From the NCBI GenBank assembly GCA_018816735.1, contig JAHIVH010000107.1, forward strand, positions 2,044-66,043: DNA of 64,000 bases, given 5' to 3'. Position 1 is the first letter of the stretch. Each line of letters begins with the position of its first letter. Source of the DNA: Pseudomonadota bacterium. GTDB lineage: Bacteria; Desulfobacterota; Desulfobacteria; Desulfobacterales; JAHIVH01. Made by a program: the position numbers and the translations under genes. The notes beneath the pieces were generated by a model. It was not told the origin of the DNA. It was given only the letters and a program-made list of their open reading frames with translations, and did not search any database. This document shows, in pieces, positions 37,735 to 46,790 of the stretch.

Positions 37735-37763
37735 TTGACAGAGATTCATTCGGTCTATATTAT
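37735..37763 (+). promoter_or_regulatory. Candidate sigma-70 promoter of the tetR-efflux operon
   Basis: TTGACA (37735-37740), a 17-nt spacer, then TATTAT (37758-37763). It lies 53 nt upstream of the tetR ATG. Confidence 0.6.
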
Positions 37764-37764
37764 A

Positions 37765-37792
37765 CCAAAAAGTTTAACCAAAAAGTTTAACC
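37765..37792 (+). repeat. Tandem 13-bp direct repeat (CCAAAAAGTTTAA x2, plus CC) between the promoter and the tetR start; candidate operator
   Basis: Exact copies at 37765-37777 and 37778-37790, immediately followed by the short inverted repeat AACCG-TT-CGGTT (37789-37800). Confidence 0.7.
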
Positions 37793-37815
37793 GTTCGGTT
37801 TAAAATGAGGCGACC

Positions 37816-38430
37816 ATGGATCAGAAACAGGATAAATTGAACCAGATACTCGAGGCGGCAACGATTGTCTTTGCCGAATCCGGTTATGCCGGGGCAAGAA
37901 TGGATATGATCGCCGAAAGGGCAGGGGTGAACAAGGCGACCATTTATTATAATATTGGCAACAAAGAAAAACTGTATGAAAAAGTGCTCCAGTCCATATT
38001 TGGAAATGAACTCTCAAATACTGAAGAAAAAATGAGAAGCATATCCTCTCCAGTAGAGAAGCTTGAACTGTATATCACAAGCATTGCCGAGGCTATAGAC
38101 AGAAATCCGGCGATCCCAAATATCGTCATGTGGGAGCATGCCTCAGGTGGCATGAGCCTGCCTGAAATTATCGCACAAGAAATTGCAGGAATGATTGAAA
38201 ATCTGGCACTGATACTGGATGCAGGCGAGAAACAGGGGCTCTTTAAAAAAATAAACCCCATGCTGGTGCAATTTATGATCATTCCGGCCTTGATGTTTTA
38301 TAAAACAAGTTCCCCCATAAGAGATAAACACCATGCATTTCCGGAAATAGCCAGGAACCTGCCTTTGGCGGTTTCCGGAAAATTTGCAAATGAAATGGTC
38401 AGATTTATTCTGGAAGGTCTTAAAAAATGA
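37816..38430 (+). CDS. TetR/AcrR-family transcriptional regulator
   Basis: 'ILEAATIVFAESGYAGARMDMIAERAGVNKATIYYNIGNKEKLYEKVL' is the TetR_N HTH. Confidence 0.9.
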   Translation: MDQKQDKLNQILEAATIVFAESGYAGARMDMIAERAGVNKATIYYNIGNKEKLYEKVLQSIFGNELSNTEEKMRSISSPVEKLELYITSIAEAIDRNPAIPNIVMWEHASGGMSLPEIIAQEIAGMIENLALILDAGEKQGLFKKINPMLVQFMIIPALMFYKTSSPIRDKHHAFPEIARNLPLAVSGKFANEMVRFILEGLKK

Positions 38431-38475
38431 GAGAAACGAAATCAAAAGAGAATGAGTTTTAGAGAGGGATCGATT

Positions 38476-39888
38476 ATGAAATGGATTCAGTTTTTAATGG
38501 ACAGAAGACGTATTATAAGTGCGATTGTCTGGGCATTTGCAATTATCATTCCTTTAAGCGGGTATCAAAAACAGGCATTTTCAGAAGAGAACGCCCTTTC
38601 CTTAAATGATTGCCTTGATATTGCCTTTAAACACAATCAGGATATTGAAGGTGCCCGACTCATGAAAAATGAAGCCGGCTCCAAACTGGCCCAGGCAAAA
38701 TCAAAAAGGTTTCCTGAAGTGAAAGCAGAGGCAAGCGCCGGTTACATTTCGGAACTGAATCGAATCGGGCTTGGTGACATGACGGTTGACATACCGGGAC
38801 TTTCAACGGTTACCATACCTGGAAGAGAAATGGAAATGGGCGAAAATGAGAAAGCAGACCTTGCGCTTTCCCTGATTCAGCCGATTTATACCGGAGGCCG
38901 GATTGAAAGTGGCATAAAGATGGCGCAGGCAGGTTTTGAAATTGCCTGTCATCAGATATCTTTGGAAGAAAACAGGATCAGAAATGAAGTAACAACCCTC
39001 TTTTATCAGCTTGCCAAGTCCGTGGAATACAAAAAAGTGACGATAATGAGCCGTGATCAGATCGAAAGACATCTTAAAGACGCCAAAAACATGGTGGATC
39101 AGGGAATGCTTCTTCAAAGTGATATTTACCCGATAGATATCAGACGGCTTGATACGGAGCTGATGATTGTGAAAGCAGACAATGCCATATCACGGGCAAA
39201 AGCTGCTCTTTCCGAGCGGCTGGGCTTTCCGCCGGAAAAAGAGCTGGCCATTTTGGTTGACTGGGGCCTTGTCCCGCCATGGCCGATTCCTGAAAACCTG
39301 ATCCGAAAAAGTGGAGACAGGCAAGAGCAGCGTATCGCAAGAAAACAAATCGAGGTCGCCTCGGCTGAGATTGATATGGCCAAAGGTGCATTAAAACCGG
39401 AAGTCGGTTTTATGGCCTCCGGGCATTATGGATATCCGGGGTTCAATACCACGGACCCGGACTGGGATACATGGTGGCAGGCAGGTGTGAATGTCTCTTT
39501 CACTATTTTTGATATGGACAGAAAAAGAAAGGAAAGAGAGGCGGCTGTGATAAAAAAAGCGCGTTTTGAAAAGATGAAGGAATCCGTGGACCACAAGATT
39601 TCGCTGGATCAGATCAATGCGAGGCTTGCCTATGAGGAATCCTATCGAAATATGAAGATTACCCGTGAAAAGGTTCTGGCTGCTGAAGAAAATTACAGGC
39701 TGAAAAACGATAATTTTAAAGTGGGCATGACGACCAACACCGATTTTCTGGATGCCCATATGGAGCTTGTAAAAGCCCAGGCAGACCAGGTGGTGGTGTC
39801 TGCTGAAATGAGGATTGCATGGTCTGAATTTTTACGAGCCATGGGAGAAGAAAACTGGACTGCTAAATCAGAAAGAGGAGAAAATTAA
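38476..39888 (+). CDS. TolC-family outer-membrane efflux protein
   Basis: Signal peptide; 'LSLNDCLDIAFKHNQDIEGARL'. Two OEP repeats with 'LDAHMELVKAQADQV'. ATG at 38476 follows GAGGGA. Confidence 0.85.
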   Translation: MKWIQFLMDRRRIISAIVWAFAIIIPLSGYQKQAFSEENALSLNDCLDIAFKHNQDIEGARLMKNEAGSKLAQAKSKRFPEVKAEASAGYISELNRIGLGDMTVDIPGLSTVTIPGREMEMGENEKADLALSLIQPIYTGGRIESGIKMAQAGFEIACHQISLEENRIRNEVTTLFYQLAKSVEYKKVTIMSRDQIERHLKDAKNMVDQGMLLQSDIYPIDIRRLDTELMIVKADNAISRAKAALSERLGFPPEKELAILVDWGLVPPWPIPENLIRKSGDRQEQRIARKQIEVASAEIDMAKGALKPEVGFMASGHYGYPGFNTTDPDWDTWWQAGVNVSFTIFDMDRKRKEREAAVIKKARFEKMKESVDHKISLDQINARLAYEESYRNMKITREKVLAAEENYRLKNDNFKVGMTTNTDFLDAHMELVKAQADQVVVSAEMRIAWSEFLRAMGEENWTAKSERGEN

Positions 39889-39889
39889 A

Positions 39890-40798
39890 ATGAAATCATT
39901 TATAGACCGTCCTGCATTTTTTCTTGTCATCATGACATTTATATTTTCAGGATGCACGGATAAGCTGCCGGAAGGGTTTGCCGGATCAGGCGTTCTTGAG
40001 GCAACAACAGTTACCATAAGTTCTTTATCCACCGGTGTTATTTTAAAACTTTTGAAAGAAGAAGGTGATCCGGTGGCCAAGAAAGAATGCCTTGCTGTCA
40101 TTGATGTGGAAAAACTGACGCTGCAGAAAGCGCAAATTGAGGCAAGCCTGAAAGAAATTGATGCAGGGAGAATCAGCGCAAAAGCAGCTATTGACCAGGC
40201 ATCGGAAAATTTTGAAAATGTGGAAACCCGGTACAAAAGAATAAAGCAACTACATGGCAAAGGTTCTGCGACTCAGCAGCAGTTTGATGATATTTCAACG
40301 CAGCTTAGCGTGGCACGGAACCAGCTGGTGGCTGCGAAATCCCAGCAACCCATACTCGACGCCAAGCAAGCCCAGGCCGAGGCCACGATTCATGTTCTGG
40401 AGAGTCAGATTGAGGATGCCACTGTCCTGTCTCCGCTTTCAGGCGTCATCGTTGAAAAATATATGGAAGAAGGTGAGGTGGCTGTTCAGGGCAGTGCATT
40501 ATATAAAATAGCGAATATGGATGTTTTCTGGATAAAAGTGTATGCGGCTGAGCAGGATATGGGACGGTTTAAGCTGGGTGAGGCAGTCTCTGTCCGGGTT
40601 GATTCGCTGGAGGCCCCCATTTCTGGAATCGTGACATGGACATCTCCGGAAGCGGAGTTTACGCCGAAAAATGTGCAGACACGACAGGCCAGGGCGGAAC
40701 TGGTCTATGCTGTAAAGATTACGTTAAGAGAACATGTGTCTGCATTAAAGATCGGTATGCCGGCAGAAGTATATTTTACGGAGCAGAAAAAGGGATGA
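39890..40798 (+). CDS. HlyD/YbhG-like periplasmic adaptor (lipoprotein)
   Basis: Lipobox 'IFSGC'. Barrel-sandwich and coiled-coil pattern; 'VLSPLSGVIVEKYMEEGEVA' and 'FTPKNVQTRQARAELVYAVKI'. The ATG lies 1 nt after the TolC stop. Confidence 0.85.
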   Translation: MKSFIDRPAFFLVIMTFIFSGCTDKLPEGFAGSGVLEATTVTISSLSTGVILKLLKEEGDPVAKKECLAVIDVEKLTLQKAQIEASLKEIDAGRISAKAAIDQASENFENVETRYKRIKQLHGKGSATQQQFDDISTQLSVARNQLVAAKSQQPILDAKQAQAEATIHVLESQIEDATVLSPLSGVIVEKYMEEGEVAVQGSALYKIANMDVFWIKVYAAEQDMGRFKLGEAVSVRVDSLEAPISGIVTWTSPEAEFTPKNVQTRQARAELVYAVKITLREHVSALKIGMPAEVYFTEQKKG

Positions 40799-41751
40799 GT
40801 GACAAGGCAATTCAGGTGACAGGTTTAAAAAAACGGTATGACAGTACTTCAGCCCTGTCGTCGGTGACATTTTCCGTGGAAAAGGGAGAAATGTTCGGGC
40901 TCATTGGTCCTGATGGCGCTGGCAAGACCACCTTGATCCGGATTTTGACCTCTCTTCTGGACCCGGATGAGGGAACGTGCCGTCTCCTTGGTATTTCCGT
41001 CCATGAAGATCCTAAAAGCATTCGAAAAATTATTGGATATATGCCCCAGCGATTTTCATTGTATCCGGACTTGACGGTAGGTGAAAATTTGAGGTTTTTT
41101 GCGGATCTGTTCAGGGTGCCACGAAAAGAAAGGTTGAAGAAAACAGAAGAACTTCTTGAATTCAGCCGTCTTGAACCTTTTGTCAAAAGACGGGCAGGGG
41201 CTCTCTCAGGTGGTATGAAACAGAAACTGGCCCTGTCATGCGCGTTGATTCATACTCCGGAAATTCTGGTTTTGGATGAACCCACAACCGGTGTGGACCC
41301 GGTATCCAGGCGCGAATTCTGGTCAATTTTAAAATCCCTTAAGAAAAGCGGGGTGAGCATCCTTATTACGACACCTTATATGGATGAGGCGGAACGCTGT
41401 GATCGCATTGCGCTGATTCATCACGGTGAAATTCTTGCCATGGGAACGGCAAGAAGTGTGATCGATCAATTTTCAGGTTCTATTTTTTCTGTATCCGGTC
41501 CTGATCTGTTGGGGCTTTCAAGATGGTTCAAAAGGCAGCTGCGATCCGATCAGGTGAGAATTCTGGGAGACAGGGTTCAGCTCAATCTGTTTTCTTCAAC
41601 AGAAAAAAATGTATCTGATCTGGTGAAAGATGCAAAAGCGTCCGGACAGGTTATTGATGCGTTTGGCAGAGAAAATCCGGAACTTGAGGATACATTTATC
41701 ACATTGATCGCAGAAAGGGAAAAACGAAATGACCAGACCATCTCCTCCTGA
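40795..41751 (+). CDS. ABC transporter ATP-binding protein (first of two)
   Basis: ATGA overlap with the adaptor stop. Walker A 'GPDGAGKTT', signature 'LSGGMKQKL', Walker B 'LVLDEPTTGVD'. Confidence 0.9.
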   Translation: MSDKAIQVTGLKKRYDSTSALSSVTFSVEKGEMFGLIGPDGAGKTTLIRILTSLLDPDEGTCRLLGISVHEDPKSIRKIIGYMPQRFSLYPDLTVGENLRFFADLFRVPRKERLKKTEELLEFSRLEPFVKRRAGALSGGMKQKLALSCALIHTPEILVLDEPTTGVDPVSRREFWSILKSLKKSGVSILITTPYMDEAERCDRIALIHHGEILAMGTARSVIDQFSGSIFSVSGPDLLGLSRWFKRQLRSDQVRILGDRVQLNLFSSTEKNVSDLVKDAKASGQVIDAFGRENPELEDTFITLIAEREKRNDQTISS

Positions 41752-42496
41752 TCCGTCCGTTGATCTCACAAAGAACGGACTTGCCGTAACCGTCAGGAAC
41801 CTTTCCCGCCGTTTTGGTGAATTTGTGGCTGTGGATGACATTTCATTTGATGTGAAAAAAGGAGAAATTTTCGGATTTCTGGGTGCAAACGGTGCGGGCA
41901 AGACAACCACCATCAGAATGCTTACAGGGCTTTTGGAACCGTCGTCAGGTGAAGGGCAGGTCGGTGGGTTTGATATCCATAAGGATTATGAGAAAATTAA
42001 AACGCGTATCGGATACATGTCCCAGAAATTTTCCCTGTATGACGATCTGAAGGTAGTGGAAAATCTTTATTTTTTCGGAGGGATTTATGGCCTGAGCAGG
42101 GAACATATCCGGATGCGTGTGGCAGAACTGGATCAGTCCCTGAACCTGTTGGCGGTAGCGGACAGAAAAACCATGTCTTTGCCCTTGGGGTTCAAACAGC
42201 GCCTGGCCCTGGCATGTGCCATTCTTCATAAACCGCCTATTTTGTTTCTTGATGAGCCCACAGGCGGTGTGGATCCGATTGCCAGAAGATACTTCTGGGA
42301 TCTGATTTCCACCCTGGCTGGAGACGGCACAACGGTTTTTGTCACCACCCATTACATGGATGAGGCCGAGTATTGTCACCGGCTTTCGATCATGTATAAA
42401 GGCAAGATCATCGAGATGGATTCCCCTTCAGCCATCAAGAAAAAATATAACAGCGTCTCCATTGAGGACATTTTTATCAAACTGGTAGACAGGTAG
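41729..42496 (+). CDS. ABC transporter ATP-binding protein (second of two)
   Basis: Walker A 'GANGAGKTTT', a degenerate signature 'LPLGFKQRL', Walker B 'LFLDEPTGGVD'. It overlaps the upstream gene by 23 nt. Confidence 0.9.
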   Translation: MTRPSPPDPSVDLTKNGLAVTVRNLSRRFGEFVAVDDISFDVKKGEIFGFLGANGAGKTTTIRMLTGLLEPSSGEGQVGGFDIHKDYEKIKTRIGYMSQKFSLYDDLKVVENLYFFGGIYGLSREHIRMRVAELDQSLNLLAVADRKTMSLPLGFKQRLALACAILHKPPILFLDEPTGGVDPIARRYFWDLISTLAGDGTTVFVTTHYMDEAEYCHRLSIMYKGKIIEMDSPSAIKKKYNSVSIEDIFIKLVDR

Positions 42497-42514
42497 AAGA
42501 AAGGAAAACCTTTA

Positions 42515-43624
42515 ATGATCAATACAAGGATTCTTCCCCTTATCAGAAAAGAATTCATCCATATCAGAAGGGATCCGCGATCGCTTGTGATTCTTCTATT
42601 GATGCCTTTAATCATGATGTTTATTTTCGGATACGCCATCAATATGGATCTTAAACATATTCGAATCGGCATATGTGATTTAAACAGAACACCTTCAAGC
42701 AGGGAATTGATTGAAACGATTCGAATGAGCCCCTATTTTGAAATTGTGACATATTATAATAACCCGAACAGAACCGAAGCCCTTTTTACGAAGCGTCTGG
42801 TCAGAGCAGTTATTATCATTCCGGCTGATTTCGGTAAAAGCCATGCCCGTTCCAGATTTGCGAATATTGGCGTAATTACAGATGGAACAGATGCCAATAG
42901 CGCCACTCTTGTCCAGAATTATCTGGATGGACTTTTTATGGGGAAATCGATTTCTTCTGCAACAAACGGAAGTGGCCCGCTGGTTTCAGTCAAATCCCGG
43001 ATGCTCTACAATCCGGATATGACATCATCCCACTTTGTCGTACCCGGTATTGTGGCGATTCTTTTGATTATGATTGGTGCCCTTTTGACTTCGGTTACCA
43101 TTGCCCGTGAAAAGGAAACCGGAACCATGGAGCAGATCCTGGTGAGCCCCATAAGGCCCTACGAGGTCGTGCTGGGAAAAGCCATACCTTACCTTGTACT
43201 GTCATTTACCATTGCGGTTTTTATTCTTGTGTTCGGCCACCTGTGGTTCAAGGTTCCCATGCTGGGCAAATGGGGATTTCTCCTTCTTTTTTGCGTATTT
43301 TACGTGTTTACGGCACTTGCCATAGGACTTCTTATTTCAACGGTTGTGGCCACACAACAGGTGGCCATGATGCTGTCTTTGGTCATTACCATGCTGCCTT
43401 CCGTGATGCTCTCGGGATTTGTTTTTCCGGTGGCATCCATGCCAAGACCCTTGCAGGTGGTGTCCCAGATTATTCCGGCCACCCATTTCTTAAAAATTAT
43501 CCGTGGCGTGATGCTGAAAGGAAACGGTCCCCTTGAACTTTGGCCATCAGTTGCGGCAATGAGTGCTGTGGGGCTGTTTTTTATCTTGCTTGCGGTCAGA
43601 CGGTTTAAACTGAAGCTCAAGTGA
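42515..43624 (+). CDS. ABC-2 type permease (YbhS/YbhR-like)
   Basis: 'LIRKEFIHIRRDPRSL', a large periplasmic loop, then 'REKETGTMEQILVSPIRPYEVVLGK' and 5 further TM segments. Confidence 0.85.
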   Translation: MINTRILPLIRKEFIHIRRDPRSLVILLLMPLIMMFIFGYAINMDLKHIRIGICDLNRTPSSRELIETIRMSPYFEIVTYYNNPNRTEALFTKRLVRAVIIIPADFGKSHARSRFANIGVITDGTDANSATLVQNYLDGLFMGKSISSATNGSGPLVSVKSRMLYNPDMTSSHFVVPGIVAILLIMIGALLTSVTIAREKETGTMEQILVSPIRPYEVVLGKAIPYLVLSFTIAVFILVFGHLWFKVPMLGKWGFLLLFCVFYVFTALAIGLLISTVVATQQVAMMLSLVITMLPSVMLSGFVFPVASMPRPLQVVSQIIPATHFLKIIRGVMLKGNGPLELWPSVAAMSAVGLFFILLAVRRFKLKLK

Positions 43625-43634
43625 ATCGGGGGGG

Positions 43635-44765
43635 ATGATGGGAAAAGTATTTCATCTGGTGAAAAAGGAATTGAAGCAGGTTATGCGAGATCCCAACATG
43701 CTCAGGGTCATTTTTATTGTTCCTATGATTCAGCTGCTTGTTTTGGGATATGCCATTACAACGGATATTAAAAATCTGAATATTCTGATTTGTGATTTTG
43801 ACAGATCCGAAATCAGCCGGGATCTGGTTGACCGGTTTTCTCACACCGAGTATTTCACCCTGAAAGAATACGCTGCAAGCCATGGAAATATTGAGTCATA
43901 TCTTTTCAGGGGAAAGGTAGTGCTGGCCCTGGTTATTCCTGAAAATTTCGGAAAGGATCTGGAAACCTTAAAACAGCCTGAGGTCCAGGTGCTTTTAGAT
44001 GGCCAGAATTCCAATACCAGTGCGGTGGCTCTTGGATACGCAAACCGGATTTTTTTGCAGTTCATGCAGGATACGCTTGAGAAAAAAATCGCCAGATCGC
44101 CATATCTGGCCAGATCTGTTCATTTTATCGAACCGGTCACAAGAACCTGGTATAACCCTGAACTGAAAAGCGTCTATTACATGATACCGGGAATCATATC
44201 GATTCTCCTTACGATTATCACCATGCTGTTAACGAGTCTTGCCATTGTCAAGGAACGGGAGATCGGTACCCTGGAACAGCTCATGGTAACGCCGATTACC
44301 TCAGGTCAGATTATTGCCGGAAAGACCATTCCTTTTGCCTGTCTGGGATTTATTGAGATGAGTGTGGCCATGACATTTGGCGTATTGTGGTTCAAGATTC
44401 CTATCGTGGGCAGTCTGCCACTATTAGTATTTCTCGCCGCTACATTTATTCTGGCCACGTTAGGCCTTGGTATTTTTATTTCAACGTTGGTGAACACCCA
44501 GCAACAGGCGCTTTTTATGTCCTGGTCTTTTCTGGTCACATTTATTCTGCTAAGCGGCTTTTTTTATCCCATTGAAAACATGCCTGAATGGGTCAAAACG
44601 ATTACCTTGTTCAATCCATTAAGGTATTTTATTGAGATTTTAAGGGAACTTTTTCTGAAAGGCGCAGGAATAAATGTCCTGTGGCCGGAACTCGCCTCGC
44701 TTCTGACAATCGGTGTGAGTATATTTATACTGGCAACCCTTCGTTTTCACAAGAGGAACACCTGA
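43635..44765 (+). CDS. ABC-2 type permease (YbhS/YbhR-like), paralogue of the preceding gene
   Basis: 'LVKKELKQVMRDPNML' and 'REREIGTLEQLMVTPITSGQIIAGK', with the same architecture as 42515-43624. Confidence 0.85.
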   Translation: MMGKVFHLVKKELKQVMRDPNMLRVIFIVPMIQLLVLGYAITTDIKNLNILICDFDRSEISRDLVDRFSHTEYFTLKEYAASHGNIESYLFRGKVVLALVIPENFGKDLETLKQPEVQVLLDGQNSNTSAVALGYANRIFLQFMQDTLEKKIARSPYLARSVHFIEPVTRTWYNPELKSVYYMIPGIISILLTIITMLLTSLAIVKEREIGTLEQLMVTPITSGQIIAGKTIPFACLGFIEMSVAMTFGVLWFKIPIVGSLPLLVFLAATFILATLGLGIFISTLVNTQQQALFMSWSFLVTFILLSGFFYPIENMPEWVKTITLFNPLRYFIEILRELFLKGAGINVLWPELASLLTIGVSIFILATLRFHKRNT

Positions 44766-44767
44766 CT

Positions 44768-45574
44768 TCAATTCAGATTTTTTTTCTGTTTGCTATGGAC
44801 ATTGCGGTACTGGATGGGGGTCATGTCCATGAACCTGGGGAATACCCGGTTGAATGTCCACAGGCTTTCAAATCCGGCATCAAAGGCAATATCGATAATA
44901 TTGCTGTCATCTTCCCGAAGCCTTTGGGCTGCATAGTTCACCCGGAGTTCATAAAAATAATCCCCCAGTTTTTTACCTGTATATTGTTTAAACTGTTTTC
45001 CCAGATTGTCCGGATGGACTTTCACCGTTTCTGCAAGCCCTTCCCTTGACAATTTTTCCCAGTAATCCATATCCACAACCATCAGTTTGCCGACAATATC
45101 GCCAAACGTATAGTAGGATATTCTGATGGCGATAGTATTTGGCGTGTCTTTTTTGATTAAAGATGCCAGTATCTGATATTTCTCCTGTGATTCCATGTGG
45201 ATAGTTCGTTTGGTGGGAATCAGCCCAGGCCGCCGATATTTTTCGCCATTCAAGTGTGTTTCATCAGCATTGGCGATTCTGCCCAGACAAAGCCCAAGAG
45301 GCAAATATATATTGTCAAGATCAACGGTCTTCCGGAGCCAACAGACACTTTTCAGGGCATTTTTTGTTTTTATTGAATAATTAATAATACTTCCGGGAAG
45401 TTGAATAGATTCCCATCCTGAGTCATCATAATCTGAAGACGCAAACCGATGATTATCTTCGAGCGCTATCTTCCATTTGCCTTCTAACGGTATGTTAATT
45501 CTTGGAGTCGCGAACGGATAAATGGCATATACCAGCCAGCCGATTATTGGAATTTGCACGATAACCTGAATCAC
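44768..45574 (-). CDS. AraC-family regulator with an N-terminal TM helix and a galactose-binding-like sensor domain
   Basis: TM 'IPIIGWLVYAIYPF'. Jelly-roll-type opening 'LEGKWKIALEDNHRFASSDYDDSGWESIQLPGSI'. C-terminal HTH_AraC 'NIIDIAFDAGFESLWTFNRVFPRFMDMTPIQYRN'. GTG start with no obvious RBS. Confidence 0.65.
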   Translation of the reverse strand: MIQVIVQIPIIGWLVYAIYPFATPRINIPLEGKWKIALEDNHRFASSDYDDSGWESIQLPGSIINYSIKTKNALKSVCWLRKTVDLDNIYLPLGLCLGRIANADETHLNGEKYRRPGLIPTKRTIHMESQEKYQILASLIKKDTPNTIAIRISYYTFGDIVGKLMVVDMDYWEKLSREGLAETVKVHPDNLGKQFKQYTGKKLGDYFYELRVNYAAQRLREDDSNIIDIAFDAGFESLWTFNRVFPRFMDMTPIQYRNVHSKQKKNLN

Positions 45575-46410
45575 CCGAATGGTAATTTAAATATATCGAT
45601 CGATGGCAGCACTTGCAAAGACCATCATTGTTTGCTATTTTTTCCCTGCGTTACATAAATTATCCTCATAAAATTGACCAGGAATTGATTTTGATGTCAA
45701 TCAGAATTTTTCGCACTTTCATGGCATGCCAATCAATACGTCTTGAAATGGTGAAATCGTGTAGTTTAATATATTGAACTTGTTTAAATTTTTACTAAAT
45801 ATCCAGATAGTTTATAAATACAACAAAATTTGAAGATAGTATATCCTGCATGGAAACAACCTTTTTTAAAAAAAAATTATCGTCAATTTTGGAAGTTGGA
45901 GAAATTGGCGAGACATATGAGAAATAAAATGCGATAAAATCGGAAAAAATCACGTTTTTAAAAAGGAATTATGTTTGTTAATATAAATGGCAAGCACTCG
46001 TGTGCACATCGTGAAAAAATATGCCTTTTTTCTGTACCTGGTTTACGAAAAGGCCATCCATTACGATGCCATTTTTTGAAAGAAAGGGGGTGATGTGTTA
46101 ACGAGATAATACAATTTTTTTCTTGAAGGTGAAGTATGATATAGAAAACCGTGTGGTATTCTGCCGGGCCTGTGACAAAGCATTGGGAAACATATGATGT
46201 ATATGGCATAAGTAATGACTTATATTCATCATAGCTTTTCTCAGTGCCTGGCAGGATATTAAATATCAACAGCAATGCCGCTCTGAATATCCAAATATCA
46301 AAGTGCATGATAGCAAAAACCTTGAATTATTTTCCTTTTTCTTTTATTTATTTGAATCAAACATTCTTATTTTATTTGTATAATTTTGTTTATGGAATAG
46401 AAGAAACAAA

Positions 46411-46596
46411 ATGACCTATTTTAAATTTATCCTGATATTTGCGATTTTTCTTTTTTTGGGGCTGATAATAACCGTTTTTTCCCAGATCAAGTATGAGAAC
46501 AGGATAAAAAATTTGTACAGATCATCTGCCAACAGCATGGAAAATGAGTTGAAATGGCTGAATGCCTTGCTGGGAAAAAGAAAAACAGACGAATAG
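46411..46596 (+). CDS. Possible small membrane protein (61 aa)
   Basis: One clear TM segment, 'FKFILIFAIFLFLGLIITVF', then a charged tail. No family recognised. Confidence 0.3.
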   Translation: MTYFKFILIFAIFLFLGLIITVFSQIKYENRIKNLYRSSANSMENELKWLNALLGKRKTDE

Positions 46597-46790
46597 TGTT
46601 TTGCCACGATTCTCTCCGGATATCCCTCATTACGTGATGGTTTTATTTCCTTAGGGTGAATACACTGATATCATAAGATAATTATCTTATAGACATGGGT
46701 AAGCAACACCTGATAATATAAATACGGTTCGAATCAAGAAAGATTTGAAGAATTTCAATGTGAATTTATTATTCAGGCATGTATTGAAAA

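Noticed and set aside
39815-40798. Long N-terminal extensions in ORF-track models (39815, 40636, 38452, 15662, 16326, 7764, 5568, 56754, 55781, 54766, 748, 3141)
   Set aside because: In each case an internal ATG preceded by a Shine-Dalgarno-like motif gives the expected family N-terminus: a signal peptide, a lipobox, MCG for the amidotransferase, and so on. The extensions overlap upstream genes or start at TTG.
44681-45049. 122-aa + strand ORF
   Set aside because: It is antisense to the AraC HTH region, which has clear family motifs.
45603-45616. TGGCAG-CACT-TGCA motif
   Set aside because: It resembles sigma-54 elements, but the spacing is GG-N8-GC rather than N10.
45958-46308. 116-aa minus-strand ORF in the AT-rich gap
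   Set aside because: The composition is rich in C/H/W/F and there is no RBS or motif. It is probably spurious, but the region is flagged as a finding because nothing else explains it.
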